From contig CBFFRP010000433.1 in NCBI GenBank assembly GCA_965644295.1, forward strand, positions 355,862 through 419,861: a stretch of 64,000 bases of DNA. Direction: 5' to 3'. Source of the DNA: Paraphysomonas bandaiensis (lineage: Eukaryota; Protista; Chrysophyceae). Under the pieces are notes generated by a model, which was given only the letters and a program-made list of their open reading frames with translations, was not told the DNA's origin and searched no databases. Position numbers and translations under genes: made by a program. The number at the start of each line of letters is the position of its first letter. Position 1 is the first letter of the stretch. Shown piece by piece: positions 48,787 to 60,464 of this stretch.

Positions 48787-49871
48787 TATTCCATCCTTCG
48801 ACTGCTGTAGAAGATCATAATAACATAGGTGAAAGCGACGTATCTTCATGACCAGAACAACTTCAAGATTATTTCAGGAGAATTTAAGTGCCATATCTGA
48901 TGCTGTATAGGTGGTTAAAAGGGAGTACAGAATTGATAGTAATAATAAAACAATGTTGTGATTATTAGAGTGTAAAGTGATGAACACAATAGAGTGAGAA
49001 GATGAATAACAATATAAAACATAACTATCATGCACAACGGAATAGTTAGAAGTATAACTGATAATGACGATAGTTATGATGACGACCATGTATCTTCCAC
49101 AGATGCTCTCTCTAATTCAGTTTATAATATATTTCACTGAACATTATATTATAACTCACAGATTATTCAATATTGTATTAAGCTGAATCCTAATACGCCC
49201 CCTCAATGAAATAATCAGTAAACCGTAGACAATAAAGAGAATATGAACTTATTGCACACTGAGAGTAAAACCAGAGTGGCAGTCACTAGCAATAATAAGC
49301 GAACTGCAGTGATGAGGTATTGCGAGACCATCCTTCTTAGCACAGCATCATGTATTGAACAAAAGTAAAAAAGTGGTAAAAACTCTGTGTAACTCAAACT
49401 AGCCACCTAGGTCGCTTGTGGCTTGGTAATTGTGATTTGGTCAGTGACATCCAGTTGTTTCAGGGGTTGGGTTACTTTTTGTGTTTATCAGGATACTGTG
49501 TGCCTCATGTCATACTCACATCATTCAATCAGATGCACTTGAAGAGTATTGTACATAAATGTGATGATGTTAGTAATTAAGGCAATAAGATTTACTGATG
49601 TCTTCGCCTAAGTTATCTACAAACTACAATGGGTAGCAATGAAAAGGGTATTAACTAAAATTAGACTGGTTAGAATAATAATTTACTGTCTTGACGTGAC
49701 CAATCCTATACTTTCTACTTTACATGCTTAAAAAAACGAACTACGTACTGATAACTTACATGCACATACTATAACACTCGATTGGGTAGACTCTACTCTC
49801 AGGCGATTACTATTGATGTTTAATCAGTTGCAATATATCAATGGGCATCATAGGTATGAAGCTCATCTGAT

Positions 49872-51982
49872 CTAATTGTCATCATCTGAAGCCCGATAGT
49901 TTCCGTCGTCCATCAAATCGCCCTCGGCAGGCATCTCTGTCTCTGTGTCTTGATCAGGGGCACCTCCTGAGTCGTCAATGCCATATTCATTCAAGCCGTC
50001 ATCCTCACTGCCCATCAGTGTCAGCATACCATCAAACAATACCGCACCGTCAGCAAAGCCAAAACAACCGCTGGGTACCAATCGTGGCCGCTTTCTATCT
50101 GCGAGAAGCGAAGCAATGAACAACATACACGGGTCATTAGATATGTTCAGCTGACGATAAAGCGCAACCGCAAGACCAAGGTACTTTTTCGCGAGGTTTT
50201 GCTTGAACAACACATCTGTTTCTGTGGTCCTGAAGGACAAGCTTTGGACGTCCGACCAACAGAGCACACTGTTTACCAGTGGAATCGAGAAGTGGTACTC
50301 CTTACACAAAATCTGCTGAATCGCAGGGCTTCGTGCGATACGAACCAGGTGCGCTTTCTGACGGCCCGGAAACAGGTTCATATCTGCAATCATCTCGTCC
50401 AGTATAAGACTCACGTCAACCGTAGACGGATGGGGTGCAAGACCGATTCTCCTCTTCAGTCTATTCAGTGACCACTGCCACATACGAGGTACAGGCAAAT
50501 ACTCCATCACTAATTCGTAGACCCCCAGTGGGAGCTTCATACATCTGGAAAGTGGGATGAGGGTAACCATACATTAAACAGTCTGAAAATACCTCATCAA
50601 AATAAAGGGCCACTGCCACCCTGCATACCCTAATCGGGGCGGCTGCATCTCAGTCGGACGGGCTGCAGGAAATCGGCATTTGAATATAGCTGCTGCAAGG
50701 TGTCGGCAGAGGTCCATTCCGCCACCCATAGCAATCAATTTAGAGAGGTTAGTGCATCCAGGGAGAGAGTCAGAGAAGTGAGTCGACGCTACCTCAGCTA
50801 GACCGTCCCATTCGCAAGACAGGGAGGTGTTTGGGCGGGGAGGTAGACTACATATCGCATTGTGAAGGGAGTGGAGAACAGCAGTATCGTGTTTCAGTTC
50901 TAGACGATTATTCAAAGATGCTTTTCGCATCTCATTGAGGAGTACAATGCGCTCGAGTCGGACATGTTCTTGTATATACCTAATCTGTACTTGTGTGCTC
51001 AGATACTGCAACAAGTGGTGATGGTGGCGGCGTACGGCTGTGTCACGCGCAGTACGTCCGCGGCAGTCTCGCATGTATATCTCAGCACCCATGGATACAA
51101 GCACTTCTACAACCTTCTCGTGCCCACGCTTGCAGGCCAACATAAGCGCTGTACTGCCTTGAGATGTCTGTTCATCCATCGATGCGCCAGATTTTATGAG
51201 CTCCAATACTACGTTGCCGTGTCCCCGTTGAGAGGCAAGCATGAGCGCATTCATACCCTCATGGTTCTTCTTGTTTACATCAGCGCAGCACTTGATTAAT
51301 ACTCGACTGATTTCCTCATGTCCTTCTTGTGAAGCTCGCATAAGGGCTGTAGTTCCTTTAGAGTTGGCAAAATCAGCAGTTCCTCCACTATTTAAAAGAA
51401 GGTGAACAGCCTCAAGGTGGCCAAAATGAGATGCCTGCAAGGTATAAGTCAAAGCGATTTCTTTTTGCATCATTTCACCTGTATGAGCGCAGTAGAACCA
51501 GAGGAGTTGACAGCATTGACCTGTGCTCCCCTTCGAATTAGAAGTTCCATAATTCCTGTATCACCTTTGTGAGCAGCAGCTGAAATAGGTGTCACTCCCT
51601 TTTTATTAGCAGCATTTGGATCGCAGCCAGCATTCAGCAATGCGCGTACAGCTTGAGTATTAATAACTTTTACAGCTGCTATGAGTGCGGTGTCGTCCTG
51701 TTTACATAAACTGTAACACTCGATAGCAGCACACACATACACACACATATATACCTATTTATATGTATCGTACACATACACACACATGTACATACATACC
51801 TCTATGAAATAGTTGCTGTCGACGTATTCCGCTCTCGGAGCAAACAGTAGAGGGTCTTCCATAAACTCCGCAAAGGATGTTGCTACTTGTAGTGGCTCAC
51901 TCATCTCGTTTTCTCTCTCTGTATGATTGTCTGTATCTCTATGAGTTATCTTTAATCGTTTCGATGGATTCTCTTCTCTCAT
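49872..51982 (-). CDS. Ankyrin-repeat protein, multi-exon
   Basis: Repeats GVTPISAAAHKG, GSTALIQASHFGH, GTTALMRASQEGH, GMNALMLASQRGH, GSTALMLACKRGH; start MREENPSKR at 51982. Confidence 0.9.
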
Positions 51983-52673
51983 AACAACATTACACGCCTC
52001 TTTACTTTGAGAGGTCAGGCGGGTAATAAGCCAATTCACAGATACTTATAAACTCTTCAGAATCTGTATATGAATATTCTAAACAGCAGTGTGGATATGT
52101 ATGTATGTCAGTGGATGTATGTATATCTTGGATGTGATGTTAATGTATGGGAATGTATGTATCATACAGCAGCACCCTACAGCAGTATCACTTGAAAAGA
52201 AATGAGGCGGAGGTAAGTCAATTTCTGTATACCCATACATACATACATACAGTACATACATACATACATATGCACTCGATTGGATCGCATCCGAATATTC
52301 TTTCTTTGGAACATGCACTGAACACTACACCACACTACGAACGACTACCGCTGTACTGTACTGTCGAATAAAAATGGGGATATTTTCAAAACTGAGTTTT
52401 GATATATTTTCACCTATTTTCCAATGTACTGTAAGTGAAGTTTTAATCTACAAAAAGCAATTATTCTTCATTTCTTCATTTTCCGCTCATAAAAACTTAA
52501 TATTTTAGTGTTTTTCAGTATATTTTTCATGGATATTCTAGTTTATGTACTCATGCAGCATATCTAGCTATCTATCCATTGCACCATGGCATAGTCCACA
52601 TCCCTATAGCTACCATACCTCATACAATGCAATCCACTACATCTCCTCTCACTCTATAGCACGTAAGTAAGTC

Positions 52674-54131
52674 ATGCGTATAATCAGGATAGTCGGAGGG
52701 CTACTTAACGAGGGATGGGTGCGATCCATGCAATCTTTCTATCGATCAATTGATAGTTATGACATGAGAAACAGGACTGGTAAACAGCCTCATTTAGAAA
52801 GTAATGTTTCATTTTTTACTATTGTTTGATTTGTAATTTTAGTGTTGTAGTTATTAATGTCTTCAGTATCAGTGTGTGTGTGGATCTGATAGTGCTCGTT
52901 AGCGCTATATACTTATTCAGTACGATCACTTGCATATATTTCAGTAAAAAAATAAAGGTAGTGGTTATTAATCACTTGTATTAGAGTAGATTTCTCATTG
53001 TTTTGCTATAGTACGGTGTTGATCGTGTTTGGTTGGAGCGGTTGATACAAATTTACAGCGCTCTTAATTTAATGCTTGGGGGTTATATTGTGCATTTAGT
53101 CTACAACTACAAGACGGGGAATGGTGGCTTATTGATATGTAATACGATATCGACTGATAAGGCGAGTGCTGGTTTGACACAAGCGCTAGTGCTCTATTTT
53201 GCACAGTGTTGTTTGCAGTGCACCAAAACTTGCTTGTACGCATTGCAGCGGCGATTTGAGAGGGTGAGTTTCATTACCGAAATAAATATTCATTGCACTA
53301 ATTTATATGGGTAGATAACGTTCTGTCATATGCTGCAACGGTTTGTAAAAATAATGCTCGTTGGTTTCCTTCTTCCTCTAGATTATAATGGAGATGTGTT
53401 TCTATTGGTGCTACTTGATGCTGCTGTCGGTGCACTGATATCCGCAGAACATGCACTCGCACCTCTGGCATCTAATCTCATTACGTTTAGATGGGAAAGG
53501 GTTGTTCGAATGATGCGGCTTGCTGAATTTGTGACAATCTTCTGCCACAGTTTGTTGGCGTATAGAGTAGGCCCTTCTTGTGGACTGCCGGATTTCATTA
53601 AGGTCTTCTTCTATTCTAACCTTGTGAAGATTCGTAATTAATCCTTTCAGATAGTTCTTATTTGTTGGTCCGGATTCAGTCTTAGTCTTGGTTTGGCGAA
53701 TTATTGCAAGGTATTATTTCCTATTTTAGTAGTTGAAATTTAACAAGGATTAGGTACATAGCAGAGATGCAGGAGGTTCGGCTATTCGGCACCATATGAC
53801 CTGTGCATCTACTGCCCGCACTCTGAATAGTGATGTGTTAGCTCAATACACTGGTACTATTGCTGCTGATAGCGAGGGGACCTGCAGAGTACTTCTCCCG
53901 AGTGATGTCATTCATAGACTTGTGCGATCCGGAAACGATAACCTGGGAAAATTAAAATTCTCCTATGTACTGACCCCCTTGGGTTGTTCTATGCCGAATC
54001 TTTTTGTGTCTAAGGAAATAGCATCTTACTACGGTAACACATCTTATTATTTTTATTTTGACATATCCGGGGCACATCCGAAGGCAAAAGTAAATTGGCA
54101 GGTGCTGGTTTATCGGTCGAATGAGACATAG
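52674..54131 (+). CDS. Multi-pass membrane protein with a C-terminal beta-rich domain resembling a bacterial/phage module; multi-exon
   Basis: Exons splice in frame: MRIIRIVGG..., VINVFSISVCVDLIVLVSAIYLFSTITCIYF, YGVDRVWLERLIQ..., then ORFs 53330 and 53796. Several hydrophobic helices. Confidence 0.6.
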
Positions 54132-54565
54132 AAAACGAAAACACCGTGCAGAATAATAGTCGTGCTTTAAGCTTTAAGTACTCATTAATAAGCGTTTGAA
54201 CCACAGTCATAGTGATTTTATGTATATTTAATGTGTATCTTATAGCAGGCATTTTTATCTTGTATCATTTTTCATATCTGATGAGAATCGACATGCAGGG
54301 TATCATGTGCGCGATTTATATACTCAGTGTATATATGTGTATATGCAATATGCAGTGCAGGTGTATAGTGTATACTAGTAAATTTTATGTTGACTAAGAA
54401 ATATAACATGGAAAATGAAAAATGAATATATGTAAGCTCGCCATCCGAAAAGTTTGTATGCTATCCGAAATCATTGATATTCATTGGATGGTTCAACTTA
54501 ACTATTAACTGAACAGAACATACACTCTTATAATTCATGGTCATGCACAACATTTATGTCGTTGA

Positions 54566-54858
54566 TGTTGGGAAATGCTCATTTTACTTAGATCAAAGAG
54601 AGATTAAGTTGTTAGACTAGATAGATTTATTAATATCGTTTACACAAATTGTGTTAAACAACACAAGCTCGTTTTGTGCCATGCATAAATCACTACTTCT
54701 GTAGACCTTTCGCTACTAAACATATCTTGAAAGAGCAAACTATTTCAGTTTTCTCAATATCATAACAGCATCTACACATCACCATACTTCACTGTATTCT
54801 CGTACATTGTCTTCAAGTACCACATTGAATATACTAGGATACAGTCCATATTCTAATA
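54566..54858 (-). repeat. Copia-2 3' LTR
   Basis: Identical to 59727-60019. Confidence 0.96.
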
Positions 54859-55031
54859 CTCCCACTCAATGTAGAATGCAGTGATACGAAACAACAATGA
54901 GTACAGTGATCTTCATGCTATAAACTAGTCTCATAGGTAAAATAGATGTGAAATCTTATCAAGATACATATATAACTAGCAGTCAACTAGATATATAGTT
55001 ATGTGGGATTCTCACCCACTAAAACACACCT

Positions 55032-58000
55032 TTAACCTCTTCGGGGTCGCTTCTTCTGCTGCTCCTCAACTCTGGTTGACACACTTCTCTTAACCCCGGT
55101 AATAGTTTTCTCATGACGACTGAAAAGTTTCGTTGACAATGCCTTCGTGAAAATATCAGCCGCCATATCATCCGTCGACACATGAATCAACTTTGCCGTA
55201 GGAAATTTTCCATTTACATGCTCTCTCACCCAGTGATACTTGATGTCTATATGCTTCGACCTCTTATGATACACAGGATTCTCGGAGAGATCTTTCGCAC
55301 TCTTGCTATCCATAAAGAATGGAGTCGGCTTCGCAACTAAGAGCCCGAGCTCCTTGAACACCCCCGAAGCCACACCAGTTCTTGCATAGCCGCATACTCC
55401 GCCATATATTCAGATTCCATGCTCGAAGTTGCAACTGTGGTCTGTAGTTTAGACTGCCAGGCCAATGCGCCTGCACATAAGAACACAATGTATCCTGTTG
55501 TCGATCGCCGAGTCAGTCTATCACCAGCCCAATCTGAATCACTGAACACATGTAAGTCGAACTCACTCCCACTGAATCTGATGCCCTCATCAATTGTTCC
55601 ACGCAAATATTTCAATAAGTGAATCGCCAGTTTGCACGATGCATATGTCGGACAACTACTAAATCGAGACAATAACCCCACTGCATAAGCCAGATCAGGT
55701 CTAGTATGCATTGCTAGATACAACACTGCTCCAATAATTTGCCGATACGGAAATGAGTCAACCCACTGCTTCTGCTCCTCCGTAAGTTCACGTTCCTCTG
55801 CCAACAGATCCTGAACATTAGTAGGTAGTGGGGCCTCCTTATTCTTACTACTCTTTCCCATAACTGAGCTGAATTTCTTGATAATATTCTTAGCATACTC
55901 AGATTGATCTAACATATACCAATTTTCTCCTCTGGTTATCCTGATGTTCAGAAATCGCTTACACACTCCCAGATCATGCATCTCGAATGTTTCACAGAAC
56001 CTACGCTTTACGCTTTCCAAGTAAGTCAGATCAGCGGATGCAATTATGATATCATCAACATATATCAATAATAAATGCAGTTTTCCGTTACTCCATCGCA
56101 TATACAAACACGTATCCAAAATACACGGAGTAAAATGCAATGATTTAATAAACTTGTCAATATGTTTATTCCACTGTCGCGGTGAAGATCGCAGTCCATA
56201 CAATGCCTTGATTAGTTGAAAACACCATCCAGCTAGTAATTCCTCATCTGGTGGAGGTGCCATATACACGTCATCCTCCAGATCTGCATAGCAAAATGCG
56301 GATGATACATCTAATTGATGCACATGCATCTGTAACATAAACGCAATCGCTAACACTAGTCTAATGGTTATACCCTTAACCACTGGAGCGAAAGTGGACG
56401 GCTCCTCCTCCTTCTTCTCTTGGAGATTTCCTAATGCCACTAGCCGAGCCTTGTACTTTACTATATTCCCTAGTATGTCTCGCTTCACCGTATGCACATA
56501 TTTCGCTCTAACTAATTTCACTCCGCTTGGAATTTTCACGATCTTCAAGACACGTCTTTTCAGCAATGATGTCTTCTCCACCATTCGAGCTTTTCTCCAT
56601 TGTTGATACTGTGGAGATCTCTCTGCCTCGGCATATGAATTTGGTATCTTGATATCTTCTGTCTCTGCATGGTTAAGATCAATATTATGCGCATCCGGTA
56701 CTTCAACCATATTAATCTCTCCTAAAACTGACGCGTTTGCCAGTCTCCGCTGCAGCCGTTTGCGTCGGACCCGACCATCACCATCTAGTTCAATCGGTCG
56801 ACGAGGTATATAAGAACCCGTACCTTGCTCATCCTGAGCACGCACATCGTGCGTTGTGGGAGGAGCCCCGCTCACAACCCCAGACTCATAGTCTTCAGAG
56901 GTCTGCAACCTCACAGCTGTCTCCTGACAGGTTGGGTCAGGACTCTCCTGTAACCCTCCAGGTCTTCCCTGGTCCAGCACCCTGGCTGGCATAGTACTCA
57001 GGGCGTCCCCCTTTCCTATATATCCGGTATTCCCGGGAGTTTCTGCAGTCATTCGCACTACGTCCTCGACGTGAATCGGCACCCGGTGCTCGATATGCTT
57101 CCGACCTGCAGTTACCAGAGATCGATAGGCTACTATTACCCCCTTTCGTTCTACTACTCTCGTGGTCTTGTAGAGAAGACCATCCTCATCATCAATATGA
57201 TATGTACCTTCTAAGCCCGCATAGTCAGACACAATTTTCGGTCTCTCGGCCTCCTTCACTCGAAGAGCATCTATCTCAGCGAAATAGCTCTCCGAGCGTG
57301 ACGGTATGGACTCATCAGTTAATACATGTACCGACGTGACGACCCTATCAGTCGCAGGTAGATATACATCATATCCTACCTTTTCATCTGAATATCCTAT
57401 CAGATATCCGATAAGGGCCTTGTCGTCCCAGTCTTTCCGTCGATCCGCCTTTGTAGTGAGGACATACGCACGACACCCCCATACTCTGAGATATTTCAGG
57501 TTGGGAGCCTCACCAGTCAAAAATTCAAGAGGGGACATATACCCCTTCGCTGTCTTTGTAGGCAATCGAATTAATATGTACCTGGCTGCCATGTAGGCAT
57601 CTAGCCAAAACTGTGAAGGCAATCCTGACTGAATCAGCATCGCTAATGTCATCTCACCACAGGTCCTGAATTTCCGCTCCTCAATCGCGTTCATCTCAGG
57701 AGAGTCCGTAGAGCTCCACGTATGTTGATAGCAACCCTGTGACCTAAGATATTGTCGCAGCTCATCACATATTAGCTCCCCTGCTCCATCTGCATGGTAA
57801 TGATGCATTTCTAATTTGTACCTTTTCACATCTCCTTCAAAAATCTTCTTGAAAACCTGCAGTACCGATGACCCAGTCCTATGAACAAGCCCTTCCGACC
57901 AGAACATCCGACTGGCATGGTGTGTTAGTTTGAGCACATATATTTCCCCTCCTCGAGCTGGACAATTTAAGTATACTGCTATATCGGCCGAGAAATTTGG

Positions 58001-59743
58001 ACGAACGGAGTCCTCATCCTTTGTCCGAAAACTTACTCTGGTGATCTTCGCCCTGGCGCATACATCACATAGACACTGTTCTTTGGAAACACGTTTCGAG
58101 AGATGTTTTCGTTTCAGTCCAGTCCCAATAATTAGCATTCTTTTGTGGGCTTCTACCAACGCATGCTTGTTAAAATGACCCGCTCTCCTATGTAACAGCT
58201 CCAGTTCATCCTCACCCGTACGGTCACTGAGATTTACTTCTGAATCACTGGATGTCGATACGTCTGGAAGCTCCAATAACTGCTGTGTTGGCACAGCAGT
58301 CATTCCATTCTTCATAGGTCCCTCCAACACCAGCTCATCCGTATTTCTGTCATATATCTGTATACCATACCATACAGTAAATCGATATCCCATATCGTTC
58401 AACTTCCGTCCAGAACAAAGACACCGATTTATCTGACTTGATACCTCAATGTTCTTCCATGCTCCACGGGAACCTACACTCGTGACGCATATCTCTGACC
58501 CTTTTTTCGAACCATTAATAACCTTTGATGTGTGCATATGACTATCAAGTATATTCACATCATTTATCAAAAACATTGATGACGAACAACAGGTATCAAT
58601 GTATGTATAGTGAATATCCTCATGCACACTACTGCATATATTCGTCTCATACACATTACATGACAAGTGATACTCTTCCTGTTGCTCGATCATATTTGCT
58701 TCGTCTTCGTCAGACAAATCCGCTGGCTCTCCACGCCTGATGTTTTCAACTGTAAGTAGTCTTTTGTCTGGTTTCCTTCCATCTTGAAACCTCACAGCCT
58801 TGCTCTTGCTTTGCGAGTACTTCTTTTTCGATGCTGGACAATCGATGGCAAGATGTTTCTTTGACTTACAATTTCTGCACCCAGTATATTCGGCACTTCC
58901 AGGTCGCTGCCCTGTAATCTCTGTATCCTTCTTCATCGGCTTCTTCTTACCGTTGTTCTTCTTACGATGATCCCTCTCTCTGCGATATCGTTTCTTACTG
59001 TCTATCAGGTTCAGCTCCTCCACTCTTTTACGCTTCTTCTCCAACGCTTCCTTCCCAGCCATAGTATCATCATAGCCTTCTATCTTACGTGATACAGTTA
59101 CATAATTAACATCATCATCCATCAAGTATAATCCAACTCTCAGTTGAGCATACTCTTCATTGAGCAAGCCTTCTCGTAGTCGACTTGTTTTTGATACCTC
59201 CGAGATATCCTGCTGCTGCTCCTGTAGTTCCTTCAGCAGTAGTTCGAACCGTAGTACGTAGTCCTTCGCCGTCTCCTCCGGACGCATACGGAAAGAACCA
59301 TATTGAGTTAAGAGGTCACTGATCCTATTTTGCTTCCCTCCAGCAAAACACTTCTTCAACTCATCAATCATTACATGTGTTTTGAACCTGTTTACACCAC
59401 TCCCTTCTGCCTTGAACGCTTTGTGGGTAAGATGGAATTTACGCAGCGCTTTCGGGGAATGCTGCACCGCATCCCTGCAGTAAGAATAAGCTATGGCGTT
59501 CGCCTTCCAATACCTCTTCACAGCCTGTCTGTACGCCTTCTCCTCCATCAACGTAAGTGGCTGCTCCCCGAAGTCGCTCTCCTTAGGTGGCAGTTCCACC
59601 GCTACCTCGCTTTGTTCCTTCCTCATAAGGAATGTCTCGAAGTCCTCAATCCATTGTTCAACGTTAGTCTCGTTGAACTGAGGAACTACTCCTCTATCCT
59701 CCTTCTCTCCTCCTCGCTCGCTACCATGTTGGGAAATGCTCAT
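55032..59743 (-). CDS. Copia-2 Gag-Pol polyprotein, split by a 1-nt deletion at 55361-55365
   Basis: CRNCKSKKHLAIDC; YIDTCCS; LHRRAGH...CDVC; ADIAVY / HADGAGE / EERKF; YVDD; SDSDWAG. RNase H continues in ORF 55032..55373 (KHIDIKYHWVRE). Confidence 0.95.
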
Positions 59744-60019
59744 TTTACTTAGATCAAAGAGAGATTAAGTTGTTAGACTAGATAGATTTATTAATATCGT
59801 TTACACAAATTGTGTTAAACAACACAAGCTCGTTTTGTGCCATGCATAAATCACTACTTCTGTAGACCTTTCGCTACTAAACATATCTTGAAAGAGCAAA
59901 CTATTTCAGTTTTCTCAATATCATAACAGCATCTACACATCACCATACTTCACTGTATTCTCGTACATTGTCTTCAAGTACCACATTGAATATACTAGGA
60001 TACAGTCCATATTCTAATA
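59727..60019 (-). repeat. Copia-2 5' LTR (contains the gag ATG at 59743)
   Basis: Followed on the minus strand by PBS TGGTAGCG. Confidence 0.96.
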
Positions 60020-60024
60020 GTTGA

Positions 60025-60214
60025 TATCTTCTGCAGTCAATATATTTCAGTTTCACTAGGGTCATTCATAATTCATATTATACCATTAGTTCATTGTTCA
60101 TGTATACATTGTGCATGTGTGCTGCACAGTTTTCTTTAAGTAACAGCAATAATTGAAGTGCCTTAAAATACAGCTTTCAATTGCTTACAGATAACAGACA
60201 AGCAAAACTCAGCA
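60025..60214 (-). mobile_element. Old degenerate copia-1-related LTR into which copia-2 inserted
   Basis: Collinear minus-strand blocks tgctgagttttgct, agcaattgaaagctgta, gttacttaaagaa and aaactgaaatatattgactg match the copia-1 LTR. Confidence 0.7.
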
Positions 60215-60464
60215 ATGGAAATCAACATATCTGCTCCAGTAAACGAGAATAGTAAGCTAATTTTAAGAGAAAAGCTCCACAAGTTAAACTAGATAAAGGA
60301 TAAAGTAGACTTCAGTTCAAATTAAATGGTTGTGTTTATTACGCAATGAACCACCGGATTCGAATATTTATAGTGATATAGGATCTAGGATCTTACTCAA
60401 GAAATGTAGAAGATAAACATAATTTAATACGCAGGTAAAATAGTGATTTTAATTTATACGACTG

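Larger units (their letters stand above)
54566..60019 (-). mobile_element. Full-length Ty1/copia LTR retrotransposon (copia-2), with one frameshift in RNase H
   Basis: Identical 293-bp LTRs (54566-54858 and 59727-60019), TSD GTTGA (54561-54565 and 60020-60024), PBS TGGTAGCGAG (minus strand, from 59726), PPT TTGAGTGGGAG next to the 3' LTR, termini TA...CA. Confidence 0.97.

Noticed and set aside
48880-49400. AT-rich stretch with LTR-like composition
   Set aside because: No termini, TSD or second copy could be identified.
60345-60370. TTCGAATCC T-loop-like motif on the minus strand
   Set aside because: No cloverleaf stems around it; no tRNA or rRNA gene could be supported anywhere in the window.
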